From: an uncultured virus (IMG/VR IMGVR_UViG_3300037507_003964)
Taxonomy: Duplodnaviria > Heunggongvirae > Uroviricota > Caudoviricetes
Length of the DNA stretch: 64,000 nt
Strand: one strand, 5' to 3'
IMG/VR virus record: IMGVR_UViG_3300037507_003964
Numbering within the stretch: position 1 is the first letter of the stretch; each line of letters begins with the position of its first letter. Shown in pieces: positions 10,419 to 18,149 of this stretch. Both the position numbers and the translations under genes were made by a program. A model generated the notes under the pieces. The model was not told the origin of the DNA. It ran no database searches and saw nothing but the letters and a program-made list of their open reading frames with translations.

Positions 10419-11071
10419 CATTTTCAGTAAGTCAATTTCAAGCTGCAGTTGCTAATCGCGGGTTAGCGAGACAAAATAGATTTCAGGTCATCATCCCCAA
10501 TATGGGTTCCGGCGCTGATGGTGAACTGTTTATATTGTTTTGTCAGGCGGCAAGTTTACCTGGAGCAACTATACAAGTAAAGAAACAAAATTTGTTTGGA
10601 CCTACGTACATACGACCCGCTAATATTAACTATGGCGAACAACTTTCATTAAGTTTTTTATGTGATAAAGACATGATTGTTAAAAGGGGGTTTGATGAGT
10701 GGGTACATCAAGTCATCAATAAATCGTCATTCACAGTTGCTTACCAATCAAGTTACGCAAGAGATGTGATAATTCATCAACTAGATAATGCAGAAAAAGT
10801 TGTTTATGGGATAAAACTAGTTGGAGCTTTTCCTATTTCAATGGGAGCGTTATCGTTAAGTCAATCTGCAGTAGATAGATTTCACATTCTTCCAATAACC
10901 TTAGCATATAGGTATTGGGAATATCACGACTCAGACTTTAATTCTGCAACCTTCAACCCTACTACCACAGCATCACAATTCGCAACCCGCCCCTGGAATT
11001 CAAGACCTGCACCCACACCAACAACTTCACAACAGGAACTGGGGCAAATAAGTGATTTTTTTGGAGCTTAA
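10415..11071 (+). CDS. gp54: Tail tube initiator gp54 (gp19-like fold)
   Basis: GLARQNRFQV, CQAASLPG, YRYW motifs; gp2-gp54-gp26 synteny. Confidence 0.8.
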   Translation: MTFSVSQFQAAVANRGLARQNRFQVIIPNMGSGADGELFILFCQAASLPGATIQVKKQNLFGPTYIRPANINYGEQLSLSFLCDKDMIVKRGFDEWVHQVINKSSFTVAYQSSYARDVIIHQLDNAEKVVYGIKLVGAFPISMGALSLSQSAVDRFHILPITLAYRYWEYHDSDFNSATFNPTTTASQFATRPWNSRPAPTPTTSQQELGQISDFFGA

Positions 11072-11084
11072 AGGATGAAACATA

Positions 11085-11780
11085 ATGTTACCAAAACTTG
11101 ATATACCCACATTTGAACTTATTATCCCATCAACTAAAAAGAAACTAAAATATCGCCCCTTTCTAGTCAAAGAGCATAAGACACTCTTGATGATGAAAGA
11201 CGCAAGCGATAGTGAAATTTCTCGCATCGTTCAAGAAATTGTTGACATATGCACCTTCAATAAACTAAAAGGAGATGTGCCTAGCTTTGATATTGAATAT
11301 ATTTTTGCAAAGATTAGAGCAAAGTCAATAGGTGAAAAAGTTGATTTGATTGTGTCTTGTAGAAATTGTGAAAATAAAATACCTTACAAAATGGATATCG
11401 ATAAACTAGATGTAGAAATGTCCGACGATCATACTCAAAAATTTATGATAAACGATAATGTTGGTGTTGAAATGAAATATCCTAAGTTTAACATAAACTT
11501 GTATGCTTTAATCGATGAGGGAACCGAAAAGTATTTCAGTGAGATTGGTAAGTGTATTAAAGCCATTTATACAACTGATGGTAAGTATTTCGAGATTGGT
11601 GTTGATGATGCAGAAGAATTAGATGAATTTTTATCATCGATGACCTCAAAACAGTTTGAAAAAGTAGAAAATTTCTTTTTAACAATACCTAAGCTATTAC
11701 ATAAGATTGAGGTGATGTGTGAGGCTTGTGGGACGAAAAATGCAGCGCGAGTGGAGGGCCTCTCAAATTTTTTTGTCTGA
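11085..11780 (+). CDS. gp26: Baseplate hub assembly protein gp26
   Basis: MLPKLDIPTFEL..PST...KYRPFLVKE, IRAKSIGE, CxxC pairs, EGLSNFF end. Confidence 0.92.
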   Translation: MLPKLDIPTFELIIPSTKKKLKYRPFLVKEHKTLLMMKDASDSEISRIVQEIVDICTFNKLKGDVPSFDIEYIFAKIRAKSIGEKVDLIVSCRNCENKIPYKMDIDKLDVEMSDDHTQKFMINDNVGVEMKYPKFNINLYALIDEGTEKYFSEIGKCIKAIYTTDGKYFEIGVDDAEELDEFLSSMTSKQFEKVENFFLTIPKLLHKIEVMCEACGTKNAARVEGLSNFFV

Positions 11781-11797
11781 GTCTCGCAAGAGACTCA
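11753..11797 (+). promoter_or_regulatory. Putative programmed -1 ribosomal frameshift signal
   Basis: GGAGGG (11753-58); in-frame slippery heptamer A-AAT-TTT (11765-71); 6-nt spacer; 8-bp hairpin TGAGTCTC-GCAA-GAGACTCA (11778-97). Confidence 0.8.
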
Positions 11798-11977
11798 CTA
11801 GAAAACTTCTATAAAACAAACTTTGCCTTAATGCAATATCATAAGTATTCTTTGAGTGACATTGAAAATATGTTGCCGTGGGAACGTGAAATTTACCTTA
11901 TGTTACTAATCGAACACATTCGTGAGGAAAACGAACGAATGAGAGAACAGGTCGCCCAAAGAAGGATGCGAAGATGA
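11771..11977 (+). CDS. gp51: gp51-like hub assembly catalyst, probably made as the -1 frameshift extension of gp26
   Basis: SLENFYKTNFALMQYHKYSLSDIENMLPWEREIY motif; no ATG precedes the conserved region; frame is -1 relative to gp26. Confidence 0.8.
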   Translation, partial: FCLSLARDSLENFYKTNFALMQYHKYSLSDIENMLPWEREIYLMLLIEHIREENERMREQVAQRRMRR

Positions 11978-13851
11978 AGGAAAGAAAAAACTTAGCTGCG
12001 CTCTTGAAACCTAAAACAGGTGAGGGTCTAGATGCAGCATATGAAACCACCAAAAACGTACAAGAGTCGGGCCCCTCTACAGAAGAGAATATCAAGGATA
12101 TCAAAAAAGATATTCGTACTATGTCTGCTGATACTAAGGTTTTGGTTAAAGAAGCTAAGTCTAGCAACAAGATACTCAAAAGTATCGAAAAATCTTTAAC
12201 ACAGCCAAAACCTGATACACCTATAGAGCCCGTTCTTGCAGCACCCTCAAAAGTGGCTGTAGCACCCGTGCAGCTCAAACCTTCTGAAGATAAGAAGGAA
12301 GAGGGGAATGCAAATATTGCTTCAAATATTGGTGTGGGGGCCCTTGGGGGTGGTGTAGCAGCTGCGGGTGCTGTAGGCTTAAATGTGGCAGGAGAAGCTC
12401 TGAGTAATGTAGGATCTCGTGTTAGTACATTCTTCTCTAATATGGTATCAGGAAATGCAAGACCTGGTTTATCACAAGTTTTAGATGAAGAAGAAAGATT
12501 ACAAAGAGAGGCAGTTGAAACAGTTCCTACAAGAGAGATGTTTGAGCAGGATGTGCAAAGACAACAAGCTGAAGCCAATCAAGGCGCTGATTACGCCATG
12601 GCGACACAGACATTAGCAGCAGCAGGCATTTCACCCGTATCACCTGAAGGTCCTATCAGACCTGGGGGTAGGACAATGCAACCTGTTGAGTATGAACAGG
12701 CAGCACAAGCGCAAGCAGCAAGAGAAGCTGTGCAACGAGGAATGCGTCAAAGGACTCGAGGCGGTGGGTTGTCTGAACCTAGGATACCTACTGTCGAACA
12801 AGCTGCTCAGCAACCTGAATCACAAGTCGAACCCAGCGAAACAACTCAGATTAGTTTTTCAGAAGCAAAGTTTGCAGAGGCTGATCCTGAAAATTATAAA
12901 AGGTTTGTGGATTTTAGAAAGCAACGGTACAATGAAATTAAAGAAGAAGAAAAGAAAAAGGGATTTAGTGATTCTATAGCTAACGACATTGCTGAACCTA
13001 AAGCTAGAAAAGAAGCAATCATTAAATTTAGAAAAGAGATTGAAGCTGCAGCTGCTGGAGCAGTTAAAACTACTCAAAAAGGTCAAGAAAGTGGTCAACC
13101 ACCTGCACCTGTAACAACATCACCTGTTGGTCAACAACCTGTAACAACATCACCTGTTGGTCAACAACCTGCATCCTCTAGACTAACACGTGTTGAACAA
13201 ACCTCTTCTTTTGATGCTGCAAAACTAGCTGATGAAGATCCTGAAACACATGCTAAATTTGTTGCAAGGCAGCGTGAAATCGTTAAGGAAAGAGAAGCTG
13301 AGCTAGAAAAAAGAACAGATCTATCACCTATGGCTAGAAATGTTGAAAGACAAAGGATTCAATCACAAGCATTTCAAACTGCAGCGAGAGAGTTCACCCC
13401 ACAAGCAGCACAGGTAGGTGCAGCAACAGTTACAAGAACAGAATCTGGTGCACAATCCACATTGCAAGTGACTCCCACACCAACACAAGGAACACCATAT
13501 TCACCGGCAAGTCGAGAAAGTGTTTCGCAATCCGTGTCAGGAGTGATAATACCTAGAGAGGACATTGATAGGCGCACCCAGCAATTGCTACAAAATAATC
13601 CTTATAAAGATGACCCTGCAGTAATGATTGATGCTCGTCAAGAAGCTGAGATGGAATTGAAAGCAGAACGACTTAAGACATTATCTGCCGAGAATAAAGA
13701 TTTGGGTAGAGAATCATTGCAACCCTCTACCCAACCTATTGTCATTCAAAGTAACAACAATATGAGCACGCAAACCTACACGCCAGTGCCTGCACAACCA
13801 AGAGTTGATTCTTCGTTCACCAGGCACCAGCAAAGGAATACAGCTTTTTAG
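11974..13851 (+). CDS. Putative tail length determinator / tape measure (gp29 position)
   Basis: Long low-complexity helical A/Q/E-rich protein after gp26-gp51; C-terminal PIVIQSNNN...PR.DSSF pattern typical of this position. Confidence 0.55.
   Translation: MKERKNLAALLKPKTGEGLDAAYETTKNVQESGPSTEENIKDIKKDIRTMSADTKVLVKEAKSSNKILKSIEKSLTQPKPDTPIEPVLAAPSKVAVAPVQLKPSEDKKEEGNANIASNIGVGALGGGVAAAGAVGLNVAGEALSNVGSRVSTFFSNMVSGNARPGLSQVLDEEERLQREAVETVPTREMFEQDVQRQQAEANQGADYAMATQTLAAAGISPVSPEGPIRPGGRTMQPVEYEQAAQAQAAREAVQRGMRQRTRGGGLSEPRIPTVEQAAQQPESQVEPSETTQISFSEAKFAEADPENYKRFVDFRKQRYNEIKEEEKKKGFSDSIANDIAEPKARKEAIIKFRKEIEAAAAGAVKTTQKGQESGQPPAPVTTSPVGQQPVTTSPVGQQPASSRLTRVEQTSSFDAAKLADEDPETHAKFVARQREIVKEREAELEKRTDLSPMARNVERQRIQSQAFQTAAREFTPQAAQVGAATVTRTESGAQSTLQVTPTPTQGTPYSPASRESVSQSVSGVIIPREDIDRRTQQLLQNNPYKDDPAVMIDARQEAEMELKAERLKTLSAENKDLGRESLQPSTQPIVIQSNNNMSTQTYTPVPAQPRVDSSFTRHQQRNTAF
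13107..13171 (+). repeat. 30-bp in-frame tandem duplication (PVTTSPVGQQ x2)
   Basis: ACCTGTAACAACATCACCTGTTGGTCAACA twice, plus a partial third copy. Confidence 0.95.
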
Positions 13852-14762
13852 TCGTCGTTTGCCAGCTTAGAGAAGTAGTTCAATGACTCATTGTCATCAT
13901 CAAAGTTTACTTCTTCACGCTTAACAGGTTTGGTTTGCACAACTGCCTTAGGTTTAGCTTCAACCATAGGTGCGCTATCCAGTTCGATTTCTTCAGCGCG
14001 CTTTTGAGGTGCTGCATCACCCATGAGAACAGCATCAAGACGACGCTTGAGTTCATCGTAGGTTTTGAATCGAGCAGGATCACTAAACGCCTTAAGTGAA
14101 TGTTGCTTTTCCCAGATTGCAGCGATATCATCATCGCTTGATGCAATAGGAGAAGGTGCAGCAAATTCACTCTTGTCGTAGTTGCGATATCCCTCGACCT
14201 TGCGAATCTTCAGCTTGAAGTTTGCGCCGTTCCAGAAATCAAACGGGTTGAGAGGGTCCTCATCTTCGAACTGAGGATCTGCAACATCTTTGATCTTGTC
14301 GAAGATTTTCTTACCAAAGCGATACAGGAACACTTTGCCATCATTGTCAGGGTTGCCAGGATCAGACACCACCTGAATGTTTGCAATGTAGACAAGGTTA
14401 CGCTTCTGTTTGCGAGCAGTGTTCTTATCGTCATCGCTTCCGGTGTTCCAAAGACGATTGTTCAGTTCGCTGACAGGATCAGGCAACCCAATCGTGGTCA
14501 ACGAATCTTCGATGTACCACTTGCCTGTAGGACCTTGGAATCCATGATTCCAGATACGAACCCAAGGAAGATCCTCACCTTTGGGGGGAGGAAGGAATCG
14601 AATGACTGCGTAGCCATTGCCTGCCTTGTCAACAGTTGGTTGCCAGAATCGATTATCTTCGTTGGAGTTGCTCTGCGGTTTAGAGATCTTCTCAACCTCT
14701 TTCATAAGGTTTTCAAAGCCGCCGCGAGATTTTTTGAGGTCAGAAAGTGAAGTGAAAGTCAT
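13848..14762 (-). CDS. gp32: Single-stranded DNA-binding protein gp32
   Basis: DKAGNGYAVIRFLP, HGFQGPTGKWYIE, GANFKLKIRKVEGYRNYDKSEF; acidic tail. Confidence 0.97.
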   Translation of the reverse strand: MTFTSLSDLKKSRGGFENLMKEVEKISKPQSNSNEDNRFWQPTVDKAGNGYAVIRFLPPPKGEDLPWVRIWNHGFQGPTGKWYIEDSLTTIGLPDPVSELNNRLWNTGSDDDKNTARKQKRNLVYIANIQVVSDPGNPDNDGKVFLYRFGKKIFDKIKDVADPQFEDEDPLNPFDFWNGANFKLKIRKVEGYRNYDKSEFAAPSPIASSDDDIAAIWEKQHSLKAFSDPARFKTYDELKRRLDAVLMGDAAPQKRAEEIELDSAPMVEAKPKAVVQTKPVKREEVNFDDDNESLNYFSKLANDD

Positions 14763-14800
14763 TTGTGTTTCCTTTGTATGAAGTTGTATGAAAAAGTATG

Positions 14801-14989
14801 TTATCGTATTTTCGTTTTGTTTTGTTTGATCTCATGCTCAAGATATTCATCAAACGCATCATCATCAAACGAATCGACATTATGAATGACCTTTCGGTAT
14901 TTGTCAATGATTCGCTTATTCTTTTTTACCTTTTTGATCCTTCGAGTATCACCGTACTCATCATTATACCGCCTTGTATCGCCCATGTT
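14801..14989 (-). CDS. Small hypothetical protein
   Basis: MGDTRRYNDEY... with AGGAG RBS; packed between neighbours. Confidence 0.55.
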   Translation of the reverse strand, partial: NMGDTRRYNDEYGDTRRIKKVKKNKRIIDKYRKVIHNVDSFDDDAFDEYLEHEIKQNKTKIR

Positions 14990-14994
14990 GAACT

Positions 14995-15204
14995 TTATTG
15001 CTCCTTTTTCTTTTCTACCACAATGTAAGGCCACCGAGCAAGTTGATCTGCGATCTGCGCTTGATTCTGTGCCAACTTTATTAGATACCTGTGTGTCTCA
15101 CGAATAGTTTCTGCAACAGTAAGATACCGTTCATGTATATCCGTGACTTCGCTTTCAAGTCTAGCTAACTTCTTTTCAAGATAATCGCTCTCTAATGATT
15201 CCAT
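14995..15204 (-). CDS. Small coiled-coil hypothetical protein
   Basis: 69-aa ORF overlapping the end of gp59. Confidence 0.6.
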   Translation of the reverse strand: MESLESDYLEKKLARLESEVTDIHERYLTVAETIRETHRYLIKLAQNQAQIADQLARWPYIVVEKKKEQ

Positions 15205-15781
15205 GATACTTTTCCTTATCGATCTTTAGAAAAGGACTGTACTTGCGAATCAAGCGCGAGATATCAGGCCAGACTAAAGTTTCTTCTATTTCTCGGTCGA
15301 ATTTGTCTGTGAACTTATAGAGCTTGTTCAGAACCACAAGAGTCTCAAGATTGATCTGGCGACTCATGTAACCCTTGATTATATATGGGTGCTCTGATTT
15401 TTGTACAGCAAACACGACTTCGGGATTGAAGGTATCGATCTCAAGATTGTCAAGGATGATACGAAGGTCCATACGAAACATGTAGGATAATGACTCGATC
15501 TTGCGCTTCCAGGCAGTGTAGGTTTGCTTTGCATCTGCATCAAAGACGCCACCCCAACGATTGCCCGAGACAAAGTTTGACACAAGGAAGTTGATGATCT
15601 CCTCATCGCTAAAGGTCTTAGCCATCTTACTGATAGCATAGAGGTCTCTTCGTTTCATAAACGAATCACGAGACGCCTTTACGCGACCTTTTTGTTGCAC
15701 GATGTTGTAGGAGTCAGTAGTGAAGTGTAGTTTTAATGCCAAGTAACAGCGATATGCTTCAAAGGCATCCATGGTGTTCAT
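15176..15781 (-). CDS. gp59: Helicase loader gp59
   Basis: FEAYRCYLALKLHFTTDSY, ETLVVL, KYSPFL motifs; 33-59-32 synteny. Confidence 0.92.
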   Translation of the reverse strand: MNTMDAFEAYRCYLALKLHFTTDSYNIVQQKGRVKASRDSFMKRRDLYAISKMAKTFSDEEIINFLVSNFVSGNRWGGVFDADAKQTYTAWKRKIESLSYMFRMDLRIILDNLEIDTFNPEVVFAVQKSEHPYIIKGYMSRQINLETLVVLNKLYKFTDKFDREIEETLVWPDISRLIRKYSPFLKIDKEKYHGIIRERLS

Positions 15782-16032
15782 AGCGGTAGTTTACCTGCCC
15801 TAGGTTTGAAATAGTTTCTTTCTTCAGCCTCCGCTTGTATCTTTTCCTTCAAGGACTTGTTTACAAGCGACTTGATTGATTCTACATCAATGTCTGCTTG
15901 TTCGCAATACTCTATGACTGCATCCATGTAAGAAAGTTTTTTTGCAGAGACTAGTTCCTCGATGTAAAGTGAAAACTCATTGGCGGAGGTGAACTTTTTG
16001 GAGATGATAAACTGGTCGGTGATTTGTTCCAT
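15778..16032 (-). CDS. gp33: Late transcription coactivator gp33
   Basis: FSLYIEELV....SYMDAVIEYCE...LKEKIQAEA...KLPL. Confidence 0.92.
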   Translation of the reverse strand: MEQITDQFIISKKFTSANEFSLYIEELVSAKKLSYMDAVIEYCEQADIDVESIKSLVNKSLKEKIQAEAEERNYFKPRAGKLPL

Positions 16033-16033
16033 A

Positions 16034-16393
16034 TTACTTAAACAGAATGAGTGCTAGAAAAACAGCGTTGACAATGAAACCCGCACCTATGGTCAGAATG
16101 TTAACCGTGTCTCGAAGGATCGCTGCTCGAACAAAGAAGGTGATCAACGCTGCCCAAATGAAAAGAACAAGGTCAAGAGGAGGCATCTTATCAGTCACAT
16201 CTGCCATGATTGCAAGATATGTGGGAATGAGCGCACCCTGCAAAACCACCAAGCCGATCCATCCGATAGACTCCGCTGTGCTGGGGCGAAGTTTGTGATC
16301 GAGAAAGTGTTTGATACTTCCTTTTATAGCCGAGAGTATTCGAATGACCTTTTCTGACTTAGTTTCAGTCTTTGTAGAAGATGTGTTTTCCAA
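16034..16393 (-). CDS. Membrane protein with about 3 TM segments
   Basis: Three hydrophobic segments; coupled to the cell wall hydrolase gene. Confidence 0.65.
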   Translation of the reverse strand: MENTSSTKTETKSEKVIRILSAIKGSIKHFLDHKLRPSTAESIGWIGLVVLQGALIPTYLAIMADVTDKMPPLDLVLFIWAALITFFVRAAILRDTVNILTIGAGFIVNAVFLALILFK

Positions 16394-16898
16394 TTTGTAT
16401 TACCCTTTTCTTGTTCCAGCGTGGATTGACATAATTTGCATGATAGTATAGAACATCTTCCTTGATTATGTCAAGGCGAAATCCCTCGAGTAAAACTTTC
16501 TTTGCGACTGCCTCACTTTCCTTATAGGTTGCGGCGTGAAGGGGCCGTATGCGCGCTCGGGAGTCACAATACCAACTGAACTGGCAGATGACTTTGTTAT
16601 AGACAATGTTCTTTTCATAGATAACAGCGCAAAGGTCAGAAGGAAAATGGTTTGACTTTGATCTGTTGATGGTCACCTGTGCGACTGCAACCTTCCCCTC
16701 AAAGGGTTCATTGCCTGCTTCATAGTAAATATTCTTTGTGAGACAGTCGAGTTCACGCTCACGCTGTGCCATTGTGATAGGTTGTGCTGGCTTTTCAATT
16801 TGCGCCTCAGCAAACTTATGATCAACCAGTTTATCGAAGTGTTGCCAAAAGTAAAACCCCATGATGCAAATAAAAACTATTCTTAAAAAAGTCATCAC
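16365..16898 (-). CDS. Cell wall hydrolase (SleB/CwlJ Hydrolase_2 family), candidate endolysin
   Basis: CLTKNIYYEAGNEPFEGKVAVAQVTINR, CQFSW, YYHANYVNPRW, IGKHIFY; N-terminal hydrophobic anchor. Confidence 0.9.
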   Translation of the reverse strand: MMTFLRIVFICIMGFYFWQHFDKLVDHKFAEAQIEKPAQPITMAQRERELDCLTKNIYYEAGNEPFEGKVAVAQVTINRSKSNHFPSDLCAVIYEKNIVYNKVICQFSWYCDSRARIRPLHAATYKESEAVAKKVLLEGFRLDIIKEDVLYYHANYVNPRWNKKRVIQIGKHIFYKD

Positions 16899-17239
16899 TC
16901 ACCATTTTTATTCCCCGACCTTCCTCTATTTACAACATCAATAATATCTTCTTTGTTCTTTTCAGCGTTAGAGAAAACTCGAGCAATTAGAGAAAGGACC
17001 CCCCATGATAGAAAGCCAATAACAAATCCAAACATCAGATATACATCCATGGTTGGTGTAGCATCAAACCATTCTACCAATGGGGGTGAAAAGATGATGC
17101 CGGTCCCGGTTGATATTCCACCTCTAAGTGTGGCGTCTAGAATGCTTCTAGGTTTGATATATGACATGAGAGCTAACCCCCCAATCAAACCTCCCAACCC
17201 CGCCATGATTTTAGCAGTTAGAAATCCAGGTTCCGGCAT
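16895..17239 (-). CDS. Holin-like membrane protein
   Basis: Three Gly-rich TM segments and a charged C-terminal tail; directly upstream of the hydrolase. Confidence 0.55.
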   Translation of the reverse strand: MPEPGFLTAKIMAGLGGLIGGLALMSYIKPRSILDATLRGGISTGTGIIFSPPLVEWFDATPTMDVYLMFGFVIGFLSWGVLSLIARVFSNAEKNKEDIIDVVNRGRSGNKNGE

Positions 17240-17248
17240 AATCGATCC

Positions 17249-17686
17249 TTAGAAAGACATTCTGACCCCTGCGGTAAAGATGCCGCCACGGAAATCAGTC
17301 TTTGATTGAATGTCCCAGTTGTAAGTATAGTCGACTACAGCTGAGACACCTTTGAAAAGAGGCACAGAAACTTCAACACCTGTATTACCCACGCCTCCAC
17401 TTTCTTTGCCAGCAACGTCGGTGCTAATATAACCCAATCCCGCATGGGGGGTAACACCAACTCGCCAGACTTTGAATTCCCTGCCAACAGATGCCCCAAT
17501 GGTAGCGTATTTGTCTAGCACACCACCAGCCTCTGCAGAAACCTTAAGGCCTGCAACTGAAGTGCCTGCTGACAACACATAAAGGGTATCATCTACATTA
17601 CGATCACGACCCACCGACAGGCCTACCTCAAGCGCGTTTGCACTAAAAGCGACTGCACACAACGAAGCAATAACAAGTTTCTTCAT
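17249..17686 (-). CDS. Outer-membrane beta-barrel protein (OmpA/Ail/Lom-like)
   Basis: Signal peptide MKKLVIASLCAVAFSANA, alternating amphipathic strands, terminal Phe (GVRMSF); AGGAG RBS. Confidence 0.8.
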   Translation of the reverse strand: MKKLVIASLCAVAFSANALEVGLSVGRDRNVDDTLYVLSAGTSVAGLKVSAEAGGVLDKYATIGASVGREFKVWRVGVTPHAGLGYISTDVAGKESGGVGNTGVEVSVPLFKGVSAVVDYTYNWDIQSKTDFRGGIFTAGVRMSF

Positions 17687-17747
17687 AAGATCTCCTTGAA
17701 TTAGACGGGTATTCTTTGCGCTGGGAACCCGCCGAAACCCCATAACT

Positions 17748-17755
17748 TATTTATA
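17748..17755 (-). promoter_or_regulatory. Late promoter TATAAATA for the OMP/lysis genes
   Basis: Exact consensus about 60 nt upstream of the OMP start. Confidence 0.75.
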
Positions 17756-17756
17756 G

Positions 17757-18066
17757 TGTCAGTTGATTCTGTTGCCAAGTCCAACTGACAAAACTCCGTC
17801 CTAGCTTAAGCTGCTAGGGCAAAACGCTCATCGTTTGCTGCGTTTATTTTGATTTACTTTTAACGACTCTCTGTGTCGGACTGTCTGTTTTCCTACTCTT
17901 TGCCCTGTCGAAACCAGGTCAGGCCCATCAAAAGCACTCTGGCGTCTCCTCTATCCAGATTTGATGTATACGTATCTAGAAAATACACATGGACGGTGCT
18001 TTTGGTGGACCTGGGCGGAATCGAACCGCCGTCCAGAACACCTTTTGGTCAACTTCATACAGTCAT
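17757..18066 (-). ncRNA. ssrA: Circularly permuted (two-piece) tmRNA
   Basis: Acceptor piece ends GGACGGCGGTTCGATTCCGCCCAGGTCCACCA (CCA at 18003); intervening loop 17927-18002; coding piece starts GGGCCTGACCTGGTTTCGAC at 17926; G3-U70 pair; tag ANDERFALAA* at 17838-17806. Confidence 0.93.
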
Positions 18067-18069
18067 AAT

Positions 18070-18141
18070 CACACTTTGTTTGGATTCGAACCTTGTTCTA
18101 GTATTGTCTATCTGCGCTTCCCACAGTGCTGACAAAGTGTG
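18070..18141 (-). ncRNA. Degenerate tRNA-like element
   Basis: 72 nt closed by a 10-bp stem CACACTTTGT/ACAAAGTGTG; contains D-arm-like CAGCACTGTGGGAAGCGCA and T-loop GGTTCGAATCC. Confidence 0.45.
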
Positions 18142-18149
18142 TTACTTAT

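Noticed and set aside
11726..11770. ORF-track start for gp51 (MWDEK...)
   Set aside because: Non-ATG start inside gp26 with no RBS and a non-homologous N-terminus; a frameshift explains the layout better
18003..18040. tRNA 3' fragment / prophage attachment site
   Set aside because: It pairs with the downstream GGGCCTG segment and tag ORF as a permuted tmRNA; no integrase is present and the gene content is lytic
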